Assembly: GCA_003344405.1 (NCBI GenBank)
Contig: NOWV01000003.1
Coordinates: 1,364,001-1,428,000, forward strand
Length of the DNA stretch: 64,000 bases
Source: Trichoplax sp. H2
Taxonomy: Eukaryota
Direction of reading: 5' to 3'
Shown: one piece after another, positions 38,101-55,500 of the stretch
How positions within the stretch are numbered: position 1 is the first letter of the stretch
How the letters are laid out: every line of letters begins with the position of its first letter
Notes under the pieces: model-generated
Databases searched by the model: none
Told to the model about the DNA's origin: nothing
Seen by the model: the letters and a program-made list of their open reading frames with translations, nothing else
Made by a program: the position numbers and the translations under genes

Positions 38101-41100
38101 GTGCAATATCAAAACGTTACCAAATGCTTCAGTAATCATTAACGCTTCTAGTATTAAAGAATCCATCCAGCCGGTGCTATCGAAACTAGATAGCGTGCAT
38201 AAATATTGTAAGATGTTTCTTGTAGCTTCAGTCTATATTACATAAATCAAAAAATTTGTTATCATTAATATTTGTGAAATTAATTCAAAGATGTGATAAT
38301 TAGGATTTGTTATGATCTTTCTCAGTATTGTTAGCGTATAGAATAGCTGTACTAAATAATACAACTAGTTGATGACTAAATATAGATGCTACTGCAATAT
38401 CAGAAATATTTTTAATTAAACTTACTTTGCCTGATCCCGTGTCACCTGCAATAATATAGCATTGATTTTCTTGTGTGCATCTTAAGGAATGTAATGCTGA
38501 TTGTGCAATAGCGAATATATGCGGCGGTAAAGTATCGAGCCTGGTTCTGCTATATTTTACGATATTTTCCTATAAAGAAGAGTTAGATTAAATTAGATAA
38601 AAAGCAATGTGATTTGACCTTAATAGACTGATTATCACACGTAATTAGTTATTACACTCTCTACATTATTCTATATATAGCGACTTCTATTACGATTTAA
38701 ACATTACTCTTATAATTCTTAGACGCTTTCAGTTAATTACTTTGGCTAGGGTAGCAAGATAATTAATTTAAGCAGTAACTATATAGAACTAATATAGTAC
38801 GTCATTATATGCTTATTCTTCTATATTCTCTACAGTTAGATTACCTTACTCCGAAAGACTTTTAATTATCGTATTATAATAATATGGTATTTTAAAGAGA
38901 CATTAAGGAATAATGTACGATACAATAGATATATTATATATATACTACAGGAATTATAAATTGTAAAAATGGTTCATATGCTGTAATAATAGAAATATGA
39001 CAGCTAATCATTTTACACAAGTTTGGACTATTCATCAAATTTGCTACTTTTAATATCAAAAATAGTGTCTTATTGAAACTAGAAAGTTTAATGATTATTA
39101 TCACATTGTTTCACTAACTGTTCACTGAATTGCTATAAAATTAACTAGTATTATATAGTAAGCAGCAACTTACGATTTCATAGATTTTTAACGGTTTACA
39201 AGGATTGATTGCCAGTAATGTTGTGCCTGCATATGTCTGTAACATTAAAAAAAAACATTTTTATAAGCAAACCAGCAATAAGTTGAATATAATTCAGAAA
39301 AATTAGTTATTAAGGGTTACACTAAAGACTATGCTTGGTTGCATTACATACTCTATTGATGTCAATGACATCGTGTCATGGATACGATGCTTAAATGGAC
39401 TAGCAAAGGCCAAATTTACAGTAGAATTAGAAATACTTAGTCAGAAGGATTGATTATATAGTTTACATTATGTGATACTGCATAGAAATGTGGCGAATAT
39501 AGCAAATCGAAAAGACAAAAGTGCTGATTTTATAGACCGTATTAGACTCATAAGGTCCGCAACTTACCGGTTCAGTATTAGCACAAGCTAAATCATTATC
39601 TTACGATAATGAGTTTATTACATTATACTGTACAGTAATACAGAAAACTTAAAATTAGTACCAATGTACAGTTAGATACACGTATGTAGGATCGGCTGAT
39701 GATATATTACTACAAATAACTATATCAAAGAAACTCCTAATAATTAATCAAATGAAGACTCAACCTACTATCATAATGTAAGCAAAAATATTGTATGCAG
39801 AGCAAGTAACAAAGTACTGTATAGAGTTTGAGAGGTTTTATCGATAACTACAGCTATGTCGTCTAATTACACATTGCGCTAAAATGTAAGACTATACTAA
39901 ACATTGGAATGAGTATCTTAAAAATTAAAACATCTTTTTATTCAATTCGTCGACTTCCACTACATATGATGATATAAATAAATGGAATGAATTTGCAAGA
40001 TTTGAATATTGTTTCAGGCATTGTCCAACTTCGGGATTGATCATAAACAGCTTCATTTCGAACATACTATTACTTACGTAAATTTGATCGGCCATAAAAC
40101 GTGACTTTAAACATTCAGTAACTGTATGTTCATTGATGTTATCATTGATTAATAGATCTTCCGAATGTTTATCTTCAGCACCAATGCCAGATCGTTCGGG
40201 GTCTAAGCATAGACGTATAAGAAAGAATATTGATAGTGTACCGTTATTGAAAATTTATCACCATAACACCAGGATTTGTAGATACATTTAATTTAAAATA
40301 GTCATTTTCTAAATTGCAGTGCACGTTTATCATTATCAACATGACAGATCCATGCAATTCATGTGGTAATCCTATTTACAGCGCTGAAAAAATTTAAAAT
40401 TTGATCACCATTCTTTTCAGAGTGAATACGTCGTATGTAAATGAATGGATATGACAGATATACTGTACCGTATCAAGAGTTTTTTATCAAGTTCATAAAC
40501 TAATACGAGTATGCTTTAAATTTCAGCAAAATACTTGATATATGATGGTAAGTATGTGTAGACGTGAGTGGAATGTACGTACGTTGGCATTATTTAGGAG
40601 TTCACCTGTAGATGATTTATCGTAAGTAGTATTTTCTACTACAAATGCAGCATAGCAAGATTTATTTTCATCGAGACTCCCAAACGAGAAATATGCGCTT
40701 ACGCGTAGAGGGAGCTCACGAGAGGGCAAAAAACCGTTTCAAAATGCATACCTTGCGTGGTGTTTAATTCTCTCTTATTACCTCGTACAAATTTTATTGT
40801 AGAATTCTACTGTAGTGTAGTATAGTGTCCATAAAACACTAGAGTATACTGTACTTTCGTTCTCTCCCATACAGTATAATGACTAAAATGTCTTTTACTA
40901 CAGGTCAAAAAAAATCTTTTCCTGTTAGTTTTGTTTTTCAGCACTATTCTAAATTTCAACTTGTATACTTTGAAGCCTTTTTATTGTGACCGTTCAGTAT
41001 ACAGTATAACGTTTACTCTTCAGAAAAAGAATAAAATGCAGATTTTTTTTGGCGTCAAAGATGGTCGTTCATTGAAAGTTGTGGAAAATAGCAAATAGGC

Positions 41101-43581
41101 GCGTATACAGTACAGTACAGTACAGTAATTGTCCATCTGCTATACTGTACTGTACATTATTTGCTATTGACATCACGTGCTAGTGTTTGTGAGGTACTGT
41201 ACAGTGTACAGTACTGTGTAAATGGTAGCTTACAGTACAGTACAGTACAGTACAGTACTGTACTGTACATACAGTACTGTACTGTACTGTACAGTGTACA
41301 GTACGTACAGTACTTGTGCTGTACTTGATGTTTACTGACAGCATGTTGTTAAATTTTGACTTGGATAATGATGTTATTGTAATACAGTACAGTACTGTAC
41401 AGTATCACTGCGTACAATACAGTTACAGTATAGTACTGTACTGTAAATTTGTACAATGTAAACTTGTAACTACGGACATGAATTGAAAAAAGAAAGAATC
41501 TGTCTCAGCGACCAAAGAACGTTTTATTTTAGCAGTTCAGCAATAAAAAAAAGCAACTTATTATGAATTTTAGCCCTAAATCCAACACTTTTTTTTCTTG
41601 AATGATTTTCCTTGCATATACTGTACCGTATAGTACCAGGCTAACTGTTGGAATGACAGCGCAGTACTTAGTAAATTACGCATGATTCCTATGGTAATTT
41701 ACGTTGAATTGAATTTAATGAGTACATTGATCATTTAGTATAATATTTTACAGTAATATGCCAGGGAATAATGAATCAATCGAAAACACTCTTAAACTCT
41801 GGATTACCTTAGATCATTTTATTCAAGACTAATCATCATTTATAGTTATCACAGACCTGTTCTGAAGTAAAACTGATATCCATTTTTTAGGCAGTCACTG
41901 TAAATCTGCAAAAGACTGTGAATATGTACGGGTACGCAAAATGCAGGTCAAATATTATGCAATACATTAACTGTATGGCACTATAGAGTTCAAAAGTCTG
42001 GATATCAACAAAAATTGCGACATATCGTCGTGGTGTCAATGGATATTTAGACGAATTGGATTAAAATAACTATACTATCAAATAAATGCACATTTTTCTA
42101 CCAAATAGACAGTACATATTCTATATAGACCATATATATGTAGATTGTAATCATGAACTCCATTCGTGTTTTTCGGCAGAATCAACACAGATCGCAGATT
42201 TCCACAGTGAGTTTGTGACTTACAACTTACGAGTAACGAGTACCAACTGAGAACTGCAGTAGAGTGTTCCAACTCACCTACTTATTACTACATGAATTAA
42301 GCAAAATTTGGGGAAAAATATCTACCATAACGTAAGCTTTTAAGAGCATTTTGGCATCATACAGGAAGGGAACTACGTTGAGTATTGTGCAAATTATTCG
42401 CGATTCATAGTTTAGTCTAAGGGATTACGTTCGTGCCCTATAAAGTTTGAAGTCTTATGAATAAAATCATCGCCCAACAATGGTATATTAATATACAACA
42501 TTGCATAAGTTCGTTGTGTAGTCAATTTCTTACAAGAATTGACCGTATTTATAATGGACAATATCTTCTTTTCCTACAATTCGACACTCATGATGAGGTT
42601 TAATACAACTGCCAAGTCAACAGTGTTACACTGATACACTCTTTTTGAATGATTAATTCTTGGTAGCAATATCTGAGAGTGTCATGAATATCTTAACATT
42701 TCTATTAATAATAGGCTACTATTTCTATCTGCAATAAAGGGCGAAAATAGTGAGTTTGAAGGCAATACAAGTTGAGTAGTCGGTAACTCTTGCAGCTCAT
42801 AATATCGGAGTATGTATCCGTTAATAGTTAATTATAATTACAGCGTGTGCTGCTATAGCCCATAGACTAATTATACAAAGCGTAACTATCGTAAACTATA
42901 ATACAATATTCTGATTAAAAAATCTCAAGTTATATATATAAGTATATAGATTTTATCTATCATTTACAGCATTCAAGAACCGTCTTGGTAAGTTACATAA
43001 AATCATAATTAAAGCCATAGTCCTAATTACCATTTTTGTCCTACGTAATTAAGTATAAGTAGTGCTGTAGTACATATACTGTCATCAGTTAAACACTACG
43101 GTGGCGTTCTATAGTACAGTATACCTTGTTATTACTATTTCGACATTATGGTATCTTACCGTAAATCCTAGTGCATATGAGAATCATTGGTATGTGTGAA
43201 TTTTATTACAGCACTAGTATCGACTGTCGAGCACTCCGAAAGCCAGATGTAATATTATCATATAAATAACACATTAATTGTAATGCTTTCTCCGTTATTT
43301 CCCTAATTAAAAATAGAATTGGACAAGTGGATAGCAATGTCGAAGTAATCAAAGTAATAAATTGGAAATTCGTAAATATACACTACACTAATGCCGTAGA
43401 GGTACCCTTGGTCGACAGTCTTTGGCTTATTAAAATACGATAAACAAAATTGAACTTAGAAAACAAAATATGGTCAATGCGTGGATGAATAACCATAAAG
43501 CGTCAAGTGACATGCCAATATTATATTTGTGATATTACCTTTACTTCGTAGACGATGAAACCTTTCCAGAAAAATTTCCAT
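26193..43581 (-). CDS. Unconventional myosin: divergent motor, 3 IQ, short charged helix, two MyTH4-FERM modules (Myo22-like); >35 exons
   Basis: LLAINP, LPPHIFAIA, GDTGSGKTE, EAFGNAKT, ERNFNIFY, ILDISGFE, YIRCLKPN; IQ motifs at 33.7-34.2 kb; MyTH4 ELRDEIYVQIIRQ and ELCNEFYLQIIKQTT; two FERM domains; TGA at 26193. The core from 40202 down is well supported. The first exon (43581-43539, MEIFLERFHRLRSK) is inferred from a phase-1 match. Confidence 0.85.
41105..41455. repeat. (TACAG)n/(CTGTA)n self-complementary microsatellite block
   Basis: For example TACAGTACAGTACAGTACAGTACAGTACTGTACTGTAC starting at 41231. Confidence 0.85.
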
Positions 43582-44054
43582 CTTGCTTTTAAAATGGCTG
43601 CTTATTGGAAACACTGACACTGGACAATGCGCAGTATGGTGTACTCGTATACAGTATATCGCTTTCGGCTCAACAGCAGATATGCGAAGTACGTACCGTA
43701 TCAACTACGTACACAAAGAAGAAAATGCAAGTTTTTGCAGTGTCAGACCACAACGAAATATGATAAACTAGAACTTGAAGACAGAATTAAAGTAATAAAT
43801 GTCGAAGTAGTACATTAGTATATAGTACTTTAATTAACTGTAAATAACTACCGGATTGCTGACATAACTGATTTAATGAACCAAATATCGCTGCTCTGTA
43901 AAAAGCATATACGGTACGACTTCAGTACCAGAGTGAGTAAGCAAGTACGGTACGCCAGTAGCCGGTCGAAAATGTACGGATGGACGGATAGAGAACACAT
44001 CTCAAATCAGAATCAACAATAGGATTGTATGGGAGCATTGGTGTGCAGTAGTGT

Positions 44055-44390
44055 ATTGTACTGTAACTACGAGATTAATAATTTAATTTACAGTGTACAG
44101 TACAGTACTGTAATTTTACAGTATGGAGAAAATACTGTACAGTACAGTACAGTACAGTACAGTACAGTAGAAAAAAACTTTTCTTCTTAAATCAAAGGAC
44201 TGTTAACTGGAAGTGTACAGTACGAAGTACAGTACTGTAACATATCATTTCATGCTGTACAGTGTACAGTACACACACATGCTATAACGATGACCGAGAT
44301 TACAGTTCATACAATTGGTTTACTGTACCGGTAACTGTAGTCGAAAACTTGATCTCTATGGCCGTACCATACTGTACAGTGTACTGTACC
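44055..44390. promoter_or_regulatory. (TACAG)n block between divergent myosin and PAP 5' ends
   Basis: About six perfect TACAG units at ~44138-44168 plus many dispersed copies, in a head-to-head interval. Function inferred. Confidence 0.55.
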
Positions 44391-45194
44391 TTACGGTATG
44401 GTGCACGGTGCAGCACTGTAAAAGCGGCGGCATTGAAAGTCGGTCAACTGTACGCTATATTTAGTTCCACGCATACTTCGGCAAAGAGATCATTTAACGA
44501 AGTAACGTATACTTATAGAGTAGTTTAATCATAGAGCATATTATATTTGGCACACTTGGATTTCTGGTAATAAGGAAAACAAAATTGAACATCCGTTAAA
44601 AGAATGCAATAATACTCGTATCGTCTACATTCTTGCTAACGACTTTTTTAGTTGCTGGATAAAGAATTGTCTGTCGTAAATACCGTTGTACGCGTAAACT
44701 GGTAAGGGAAGAATGATCCTTTTACTGTGTACAGTAGAACTTTTGTCATGAATTTGATCGTCTTTGACATAGTATTACATAACTTGCAATCTGTTGAATT
44801 ATACTTCTTAATTATGTGAAATCTTGCCAGTCTAAAATTTGATAGCAAAGTGTTCATTATTATTCGATGACTTTAAAACCATTGAGGTAACAATATCCGG
44901 GATCATCGTTAAATTGTCCTGCTTTTGTAATACTACTCGTATCAACGCTAGAACTGACAGTCAATTATAATCATTACACAATTTAGAATGTAAAAAGCAC
45001 TACTCTACCTCTGCAAAAGCTACTGTAGATATTGTTTATAACATGAGTTCAAGATGTTTCTAAGCTGGGGTCTGCCAATTCTGTATTTTTGAAAACTGCC
45101 CCATGGTGTCCACTGTCCTGTCACTACTATAGATCTCGTGGATAGTACAGTCAGTGTTCATTTTATTTTACTTCATAGTGAACTCGCAGCCAGT

Positions 45195-45340
45195 TACAGT
45201 ACGTACGGTACTATGCAGTACTATACTGTACTGTACACTGTACTGACAGTACAGTACTGTACCACGGTACACACTATTAATTAATAAAACTAAGTACGAA
45301 AAGTACTGTACTGTACATATTATATGTACGGTACAGTAGG
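45195..45340. promoter_or_regulatory. TACAG/CTGTA block immediately upstream of the PAP start exon
   Basis: Dense motif block ending at a candidate donor (TAG|GTATTT, ~45340), about 110 nt before the acceptor TTTATAG|CATG. Confidence 0.5.
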
Positions 45341-45452
45341 TATTTGTTACAGCGAATCAATAAATATCCCTATAATTATTATAACTAATTAATTGAAGGG
45401 TTAATTTAAATGAATAACCTTCTTCAACTTTTTTACTGTTGATATTTATAGC

Positions 45453-50653
<5,201 letters not shown>

Positions 50654-52501
50654 GAAAGGTAATAGTGTTATCTGACAATTATCTAGAAATAATGTGGTAT
50701 TCTGTCGGTTCTTTGCAACCTTATTTTAGAAATTTGATTTTATGTCTTTAAGGGATTGATATTGTACGATTTGAAAGATTCGAAAATTATATCGTTTTTT
50801 TCACTTATATCGTAAGGACAGGTGTGTAGCAGTATATACTATTGACTTGGTATATTGAATAGCAAGTGCTTTAATTATTGTAGCATGTCGTTATCAGCAT
50901 TTGTTGGTTCAATAGCGGTTTTGCTGAATATCTTAACGTTACACACTTGCCAAATCTTCCCATAAATGTTCTTGTATTGCAGAGCATAGTAGACGTAATC
51001 CCAAATTTTTATTTTACAGTATGCTCAGCTTACGTGCATTCAGTTTTGCTACCAATGTATATTAACTGTGAAATTGTATCCATGTCGTCGTAACGATTTA
51101 GGAGATAGATGAATGCATTGGATTCCGTTCAGTACGAGTTGCAGTACGCTACAAATATGACAATGAGAATATCAGTGATACCGTAACTTTCTTGCGTACA
51201 GTTATCGATTACCCTTGTATCCACGAAATGTGGTACTGAAATCGAATTATTCATACATAACTCAATACTATTCCGTTCCAGTATAGTGTCTCGTTATCTG
51301 GTACACTTATCGTAGACTTGCAGCTGTTCATGTATTGATCATTAGACCTGTATTTTATGGATACGATGTGATTTGTTGACAACCAGAGACTCAAGGTATA
51401 AATAAAGTTCGTCTTTTAAGAATAGAGCGTAATGGAATTTTTTCTTAGCTTCATTAAAGCGAAAGTAAGCTGCGATAGCTTTATGCTATGAAGAAAATGT
51501 AATACTGTACTTAATGAAATGATAATAGTTTTTAGTTTTTAAGACTACATAATCATCATAGAGTATTCTACAAAACTGTGTAGTTCTGCCGGAGTAAATA
51601 GCCTAAGAATAGTACAATATTGCTATGTACTAGCAGTAAATAAATCACTTCTTGTAGCTATTGAAAATGTACGCTCATATACATAAATTGCGATATAAAG
51701 TCTCAAGTTAAGCTCGGATAAGTCGCAGGATTGAATTGAGGTACAAAATTTTATTACAATTGGCTCAACGAAGCAGTTTATTACACTATTGAATTAGCAT
51801 ACATATACCTTGATCATGTTAAAAAAATATTTCCAATTAATCTTATGCATGATAGTGTTGAGATCGTTCTACATTCTCCTTAAATACTAATACTGGATGC
51901 CATCCTTAGAAAAAATTATCATTATCTGAATAAAAAATAATGCTATAAATATACGAATAAATCAAGATTGCACAAAAAGGAAGATTTTGAGGTCCCATAA
52001 AAGTAGCGATCATAATAAACAAATTTCATTGCAGTTCACTGATATCGACTAGTTACTGAAATTTTAGATAGAACGACCAGTTTTAGCTTAGCTCATAATT
52101 ACGATCTTTGTATGGATACGCTTAAGAATGCATAATCCTTTCTAATCATTATGATTATTTTGTAATGCATAGTTACTGTAAGGGTTTGCAAGCGTTACAA
52201 TAGAGCTTGCAGTACTACATGTGAATGTAAATGTGTAAATGATGTAGTTTAACGTAACGCGTATTCCAGGCACATATGCTCGTACAAATACTTGCAGATA
52301 ATTACAGGAATAAACCCTTATGCTGTAGTACGAATACAATGTACCATATTTTTACAATACAAACATCACAGTCAATTACCAGATTGAGATTACGTTTGAT
52401 TTCGACAGACAGGGGCGCATTATTATTATCTTCATTGTATTATTATCAGAATTATTGTTTTTTCAATATCAGTTAGCTTCGAACCTTGACGTTATTTTAC
52501 T

Positions 52502-55500
52502 TTAGCGGATTTCGTCTTTAAGATACAGCAACGCAGCTTTGAAAGCTGTAGCATAATAAGCACTCTCACCATTTTCAAGTAAATTTTTTGGTAGCAATCC
52601 TTCAATGTAATCGGCTTCCAACAATAATTTCTCCATTCCAAGCTTGGCGATGATGTAAATTAGTAACGGTATAAAATCTTAAATTGATTTTGAAGGTAGT
52701 ACATCATTGTATTGATTTCGTAGTCCAAATTAGTAGAAAAATAAAAAAATGAATTCCTCGTTAATATAAAACAAAACTAGGGCAACACATGATTGTATAC
52801 TCGTACTATAGATTCTAACGGATGAGTATTATATCAAATTAATCTTCGTTAATATGTAATTAATATAAGAACTATCGTAGATATCCTAGATATTTTCAAA
52901 AGCTTTTATTTATTTATATGCAACTGTAGGCTGCAGCATACTCTCGCCTATCATCTTGACAAGCCGATGCTATCGCTATTTCTTTTCCGAAAGTGCATCG
53001 TTAATTACTGTTCTATAGATAATACTTCAATTCTTGCGAATCCTTAATCGCGAAAATAACTATGAAATGCACTTTAAGTAGCGTATGTAATATTTATAGA
53101 TAGCGGCAGTCTTGGTATTCTAGATAATTCTACTTTACATTCTGAATTTTGCATTGATAGCGAGTAATTTGAGTGGCAAAGTGGCATACCATTAAACAAA
53201 TACCTCATTAATATTAAAATATTTAGGCGTAACGTACAAATCTCGATACTTTACCGTAGCTAATACAGTCAATACAACAGTAGTAAGTTGCCATATAGTG
53301 TCGAAATCTTCTTTCCATTCTTAAATTTTAAGCTGTTACTACTGGCACTTCTTAAGTAGTTGATAGTGTAATCTTATAACTAGTGCCCTGCTTCTCAGAT
53401 ATTAGACACTAAAATGATAATATCTTAATAGGTGCAGTTATATACATACCATCAGCTGATAAGTATCTTCGACCCCCAGGTGTATTTTCGATATCTTGTT
53501 TCATGCGCATGATGACGTTGTGCAAATTACTAATTTTAAGAATAGGTGAATATTCACCTATCATTTTATCGAAAAAAACGCGAGCTAGTTCAATAGTTTT
53601 ACGACCAGGCAGAGATACGGACTTGGACAGTTGTAGGTCATCATGGCCATAGCGTGCAACGATGTTCATATTTCTATGCAATGCTCTTAGAGACCCATTA
53701 CTATTAAATTGAGTTAAAATGAGTAATTTAAGTAATCAATATTTCAGTTATTTCTAGTAAATATCCTTTTAGTAAAATATGCTGTAGGCCTACAATTTCT
53801 GCAGGTTGTCGATCTGCAAATGATAAATACTTCTTTAGACAACTATACACTTATATTAGAATTGATAAATAGACTACTTTGATACATCGCCATTATATGT
53901 ATTATTGTATTACAATTACTGCTTCATCAGATTTAGTGGCTATTTAAGATAGTTTATATGATCAATCTGCTTTTAGTGATATCTTTTAGATACAGCGTAC
54001 AAATTAACCTCAGCGTATTATTAGTTTGAAATGTCCCTATATTTTAATAGGTTACATTTTGCTTCGAATTCAGTTGTAAATCTAAGCTAGGAATCACTTT
54101 GGCATATAAACTTTACTGGTGATAATTAACTTAAATAATCATGTTTATCAATAGGAGATTATTAAAAGAACTGCGTTTAATATAAATTGTATTCAAGAAC
54201 GAATGGCTCTATCAAACAATTTCACGCAAATTAGCCGAAGAAAAAGTTATCATTTTAAATATAACAAATCCAATTCTCAAAATATCTTATGGAGTTGTTA
54301 TATTACAAATTATATTTCGTATCAATTTGATATCAAATCGATTCAGGGTTTATTATGCAATGATAGTTATGCTTTCTTAAAATTTAATACGGTACCTTTC
54401 ATATTTACGTTCTAAATAGTCAAGAATATATTTTTTCAAAGGTTTCGTTATAATGTCATGTAAACAGCCTTCCAAAGCTGTGTCCAAGTCCATCTGATCA
54501 TTAAAAATAATGATATCGTATATTTCTGACCGTGGCGCATTTTGGAAACGCTCTTTCGTAAAATTCATAAACTTGCGTATCTAGAATGAATAAAAAAATA
54601 GATATCTGCAGATCATGAACTATTAAATTAACCGATCTAAGCAGTATGAGTTACATTTGTAGTAACACATTACACAATCGAAAAACTTCCCTATTTATCT
54701 TACTGTTAATAAGGGATCTTCCTGAATAGTAGCTACTGGAGTCGTTAACACAGCTCTATATCTTTCAATAAATTTGCTAATATGAACATAAAACTGCTTG
54801 TTTTTGTCCGTTAAAGTTTTGTTGATACCAATTAGTAGCTTTTTATTGGGATTTGCAGTAATACGACGTGCAAAGAACATTTTTGGGGCAGATAGCCACG
54901 ACTGCAGAGCCTGTATCCTCCTACCTTTCTGGTCTAAACAAACATAGCAGCAAATGTTAACTTATACATTTAATTGCCACCTTATTATGAAAACACTTTC
55001 ACTTAAGACTGTGTGCTACTCTAACGTACTGATATCGAAAATTTATCAGAGCGTGACTAACTGCCTATAAGCGTATATTAAATTGATCTTATGATCATAC
55101 TATACAGTATACAATTCTTTCTCAAACCGCATTTATCCCGACAGTTATGTTACTTAGAAAGTTATAAATGCGTACTACATTAAGTAATTAAGTTATGCCT
55201 AACATTACAATATATGTTATAGCGAACAATGAAATTACCATCTGGTGTTGATGCTTCATGATTTGGGCTAGAAATAGTTTTAGGGCTATTTGATGAGACT
55301 GATAATTCTAAAAGCGAAATATTCATTCAATATTACATAATTATTTTTTTATTAAATTTGTCTATATACGCGTTACTTGCCATTAAGCCTAAAATATTAT
55401 ATTTAGAAAATTAGACTTTAATATTTAACATGTAACTGATAGTAAATTAATAAATTATAGAAAAAGTTTGATGATACTTTGTTAAGATGTATGGCTTGTT

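Noticed and set aside
41890..42070. Possible nested plus-strand mini-gene (exon-like SHCKSAKDCEYVR) in the myosin first intron
   Set aside because: No start exon or convincing continuation, and no recognisable family.
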